Part shown: positions 61,354-64,000 of the stretch, piece by piece | How the letters are laid out: every line of letters begins with the position of its first letter | Numbering within the stretch: the stretch's first letter is position 1 | NCBI RefSeq assembly: GCF_048593235.1 | Contig: NC_133618.1 | Location: forward strand, 253,419,882-253,483,881 | Length of the DNA stretch: 64,000 nucleotides | From: Sminthopsis crassicaudata | Taxonomy: Eukaryota | Reading direction: 5' to 3' | Translations under genes and position numbers: made by a program | The notes under the pieces: generated by a model | Database searches by the model: none | The model's input: the letters and a program-made list of their open reading frames with translations, nothing else | Told to the model about the DNA's origin: nothing

Positions 61354-64000
61354 CTGAAAGAAATTAAGACCCAAATAAAACAAAACCAAAGCATGGCAGA
61401 TGGTGTTAAAAAAAAAAAAAAAAAGGGAAAAAAAAGGAAACTAAACCAACAGAAGCAGCAGCATGTGATGACAGATGGACACATGAGAGCTCCTCTGCAA
61501 TAGACAGGAATGGACTCTCCTGCCCCCCCCTTCCTCCCTCCCCACTACTGGTGGCCCCAGGGAAATCAAAATACCATACCCACTACAGGACTCCAGCCAG
61601 CCTACTTTCTCTGGAAAGGAAGTGGTTTTAGCAGGTGATTTTCCCACTTGAATGTTTTTAAACAGATCAAAACAAAGAAAGATCACAGGACCACAGATTT
61701 AGAGACAGAGGGAGTCTCAAAAAAAAAATGATAGGCTGTTCTATCACTTGCAGTATATGGCTGGGAAACCTAAAGCTTTGGGGCATCTTCAGAATAATGC
61801 CTTGAAGTTGGCAACAGTTTTGGCTGAGGATGGGGATTGGAATGAATTTCTCCAGACCTCCTCCCTGACCAAGGTCTCTCTTGATGAGGATCAATGGAAT
61901 GTCAGGAACAAAAAGGGAGATGTTCTTCCCAATATCTTTTATAGGTTGCTCTGACCTCTGGGAAATTCTGCATCTCCATTCACAGGACTCAGGGCATCAT
62001 TTAAGCAATGGCCCAGAAAGATTTCCACTTGGGGGTGGAAGAGAGTGGTTTAGGGAAAACTTTAAAGTGACTTAGACTTTCTCTCAATCCTCTCAGTTGC
62101 ATCTTGGTATAGCTTAGTCCTACCAAGCTGAGACCTTAAAGTCCATTTGCCGATGGGGATGCATTTTATTATTCTATACAATTCTAGGGGTACATACTAT
62201 TAGCACATGCATTTCTCAACAATAGTCATTTATGGCTGTAAATACATGGGAAGTTCTCAATTCAAGCCTTGGGGGATTTTCTTTAATGGACAGTTTCACA
62301 TGACTGGTACGTTGTTAGGTGCTCCCCAGATGAAAACCTCATGGCTGCTCCCTGGCTCAAACAGATTCCCTTGACCCACTATCTCATGAAAAACCCATCC
62401 CTGCTCACTTGCTGATGAATGTGCCTGAATACTTAGAACTACTACACACTGAACATCAAAGAAGCATTTAAAAGAAACGACAAACAGAGGAGAAAATTAA
62501 AATGCGGCACAAATTTTTCAGGTCAGTGAAAGGACTAGCCCCTTCTGCAAGTCTAGAATACTGATGGCTTGTCAGTGTTAATTATTCGACCCGGCATCCC
62601 CCAGCTGAGGCTGGGACAGGACTGAAACGTACTGGCGGTCTCATCTTCCCCAGCCATCTGCATGGATTTCCAGGGACTTCATTCATACCAAGTAAACCTG
62701 AAGAGTTACATTACTTTTAGAGAGGCAGAAGCCCTTGTATAAAACTTCTAAGTTAGTATTTTTCTGGGATATGACACTCCTGACACATGATTTCCTTTAC
62801 ACCTCACAAGAAGCCTGTAGATAGACATTGCTACATCACTTTATATATCATTTTAAACAAGATGAAATGGTCTCAGAAGTTCAGTGACTTGCCTAGATTC
62901 ACAGGAAATACCAGAGCCAAGCCTTGAATCCAGATTTCTCTTACTTCAGGTCTAAAACTGTTTGCACTGACTGAGAACTTTCAGGAACAACTTCCAAAGC
63001 TTGATCCACAGTCTACTGGTTCAGGTGCCAAGAATGTATAGGGAAAATACCAGTGCTGGTTTAACTTTGCTCTCTGGAAAGAAGCTTCTATCACTCTGCT
63101 AGTGCTCCCCACGCCAACCTAGGGAGCTCATAGCAACCACACCCTGCATCCTACTCTATTTTGCAATTAGCATCAGTCTAGATGGAAAAATCTGGTGAAT
63201 AGTTGTCCAAGAAGAGCATCTGTACTAGATCGTCACTGTCTAGACCGGTGATTTCTCTCTCCATCGACCTTGCTAGCTGACTTCTGCTTTTTAAAAACTA
63301 CAAAGAACAGATTTTTCAGCTCCTACTGAAAATAGTGGTGGAATTTGAGCAGCTTCTAAACTTTCTAAGTCTCTTGACATTTTCCACTGGAAACTCAGGG
63401 AAATCAGTCTTTGAAAACTGCTTGATATGGCCACCCAGCATCCATCCATCTGCTGTTTCCTTCCTGTCCCTTCACACCTGCCGAGTTCCCATTAGCTACC
63501 CCCTGGCCCTCACATTTTGTTGGATTCTAAGGATATGCTGAACCGGCAATCTTTATTTTTTTCACCTCTACATTTAATAATGTGTGCTTGAGGTAGGGGA
63601 GATCTGGCAGAGATATTGGAAGCCCTCATACATGCTAAAGCATGTGAGAAAGATATATTTATATTTATTAAATTCTTGCTGTGATTTAGCTACATATTAT
63701 TTTTGGTTAGCACTATAGCCCTCGTAGGACACTATTAGTGAAAGTCTGAAAATCTATAAATGTAAGTAGGAAAAACAATTTCTCTGTATGCCATCTGCTC
63801 CCTTCTAGATGAACACCTACAACCTTTGAAGCTTTTTTTTTGTCATTTTAAATGCAAGTGACCAAGGGTTCTCAGTTCAAATGGTTATTTGTCTCTTTAT
63901 ACTGCTAGCCAGAAAGAGTGGCTTAAAATCAGCTTTTGCATAACAGGAAAAGTTAGTGTTCTGGGGATAGGAAAAGAATTCTCAGTGCTTAGACTTTCAC

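Noticed and set aside
61354-64000. Next upstream NKAIN4 exon (…EEEDS)
   Set aside because: No matching peptide with splice sites found; presumed right of the window

Overview
Marsupial genomic DNA, probably dasyurid judging from the WSINE1/MAR1-type SINEs and the L1 3' ends. It is syntenic to the human 20q13.33 block YTHDF1(-) / BIRC7(+) / NKAIN4(-). YTHDF1 coding exons 1-4 lie at 21304 down to 2386 with a CpG-island promoter; its last exon is left of the window. A complete 7-exon BIRC7 (livin/ML-IAP) CDS spans 47171-56066 (386 aa from the first in-frame ATG). It has a BIR-BIR-UBA-RING architecture, i.e. one BIR and one UBA exon more than human livin. The last two coding exons of NKAIN4 are at 61353-61269 and 59537-59528. 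The rest is mostly L1, L2, CR1/L3, CORE-SINEs, an RTE/BovB-like fragment and solo LTRs. The most unexpected signal is a ~1.7 kb island at ~34400-36100 on the minus strand. Read across stops and frameshifts it gives a collinear series of motifs matching chaphamaparvovirus (Hamaparvovirinae) NS1 (HUH nuclease then SF3 helicase), followed by the N-terminus of the capsid protein, i.e. a candidate fossil endogenous parvoviral element. All comparisons to reference proteins were made by eye from recalled sequences and need database confirmation.
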